IMG/VR virus record: IMGVR_UViG_3300045120_000224
Coordinates: 1-53,666 of that record
Length of the DNA stretch: 53,666 nucleotides
DNA from: a virus
Lineage: Duplodnaviria > Caudoviricetes
Direction: 5' to 3' (one strand)
Under the pieces are notes generated by a model. It saw nothing but the letters and a program-made list of their open reading frames with translations, did no database searches and had not been told where the DNA came from. Within the stretch, counting starts at the first letter, position 1. Each line of letters begins with the position of its first letter. Made by a program: the position numbers and the translations under genes. Positions 52,600-53,666 of this stretch are shown here, piece after piece.

Positions 52600-53532
52600 T
52601 CAGTCGCGCAGCACGTACGCGCTGTTGGCGATGAGCAGCGGACGGACCTCGTCCGCCAGCTGGCCCACGCACTCCGCCAGGTACGTCGGCCTGTTGACCA
52701 GGCTGATGTCCAGCAGCGTGTCGATGTGGCTGGTGCAACCGGCGAGCACCTGCTTCGCGGAGTACGACGAGTCGTAGTCCGCGACCGTGATCACGGTGCC
52801 CCACGGCTGGCCGTCGAACAGGTCGGCCAGCTCCTCGTAACGGGTGCCGCCGTACTCCGCACGAGCGAGCACGTCGTCGACCGAGTACGAACCCGGCGCC
52901 CAGTAGGTGCAGGTGTTCGACACGATCGCCATGTGCGCGTTCGCGTTGTAGCTCAGCGCCACCACGTCGTCGACGATCTTGCCGATGGTGTCGGCGTTCA
53001 TCGAACCCGACACGTCCAGGATCAGGAGGTTCTCCTTCACCCGCTCGTGGTGGATCCCCGCCTGGTGGACACCGATGGTCGGACGCTTCGCGTTCATCCG
53101 AGCCATCGTCTTGAACACCATGCTGCCCTGCTTGCCGGGCAGCAGGGACACGACGCTCTCGAGGCGGGATGCCACGTCCTTGATGGACTGTGCCACCTGC
53201 ACCTCGAGCTGCTCCCACATCTGCGGGAGGATCTCGCCCTTGGGCGGCTCCTCCCCGTAGGTCACGTCGCCCTCCTCCACGCCCATCACGTCGCACAGGT
53301 CGACGATGTAGTCCTGCAGGTCACTGCTGTGCTCGGCGCCGTGGTTGAACAGGGCGTCGGCCACCGTGCTGTGCAGCACGACGGACAGCAGCGACGAGAG
53401 GTGGCTGTAGTCCAGGTCGTAGACCTTGCCGAAGAACAGCGCGGTCTCCGCGTCCGGCAGCAGGTCCATCAGCACGGCCTTGCTGAACCGCACGCCCGGC
53501 TTCACCTCGACCAGGTCGAGGCTGTCAGTCAA
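52600..53532 (-). CDS. VWA (MIDAS) domain protein
   Basis: LLILDVSGSM (DxSxS), GGT, ITVAD; likely TTG start at 53532 overlapping the ATPase stop. Confidence 0.85.
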   Translation of the reverse strand: MTDSLDLVEVKPGVRFSKAVLMDLLPDAETALFFGKVYDLDYSHLSSLLSVVLHSTVADALFNHGAEHSSDLQDYIVDLCDVMGVEEGDVTYGEEPPKGEILPQMWEQLEVQVAQSIKDVASRLESVVSLLPGKQGSMVFKTMARMNAKRPTIGVHQAGIHHERVKENLLILDVSGSMNADTIGKIVDDVVALSYNANAHMAIVSNTCTYWAPGSYSVDDVLARAEYGGTRYEELADLFDGQPWGTVITVADYDSSYSAKQVLAGCTSHIDTLLDISLVNRPTYLAECVGQLADEVRPLLIANSAYVLRD

Positions 53533-53666
53533 AGATGACGTCGTCATCCGCGTCGGTGAACTCATCTGATTCGGTTCCCTTCTGAAGTCGCTCCTCCTCC
53601 AGCTCGATTAGCTGGAGGTTGAGGCCCATGTTCTGGGCCTGTAGATCTGTGACCCTGGCCAGCATC
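53527..53666. repeat. Terminal direct repeat / circular assembly overlap, copy 2
   Basis: 139 of 140 bases identical to 1-140. Confidence 0.95.

Overview
The window is a complete, circularly assembled genome of a high-GC lytic podovirus-type phage, almost certainly infecting an actinobacterium. Bases 1-140 repeat at 53527-53666 with one mismatch, giving a unique length of about 53.5 kb. The layout matches Microbacterium cluster EK/EM-type phages. The leftward arm (6.0 kb down to 1, continuing from 53.5 down to 41.7 kb) carries small early genes, a nucleotidyltransferase-like gene, an HNH endonuclease, a MoxR-type AAA ATPase/VWA pair, SSB, a Cas4-like exonuclease, family A DNA polymerase, RuvC, SF2 and SF3 helicases and a prim-pol. 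The rightward arm begins with a ~4,670-aa gene, then portal, major capsid, collagen-like fibre, tail/nozzle, an EEP-amidase lysin and the terminase. No integrase, tRNA or CRISPR array was seen. Main findings: (1) the giant protein looks like a virion-packaged two-barrel RNA polymerase, with a beta-prime-type RxP...DFDGD motif near residue 930 and a beta-type GDK...GxK motif about 2,100 aa later, the reverse of the usual order; (2) two related palindromic TGTAGTCAC elements lie about 30 kb apart; (3) several intergenic hairpin arrays look like structured RNAs or hairpin promoters; (4) a likely overprinted gene at 36.6-37.0 kb; (5) a recurring AAAGTTTT motif. All function calls come from reading motifs by eye; no searches were run.
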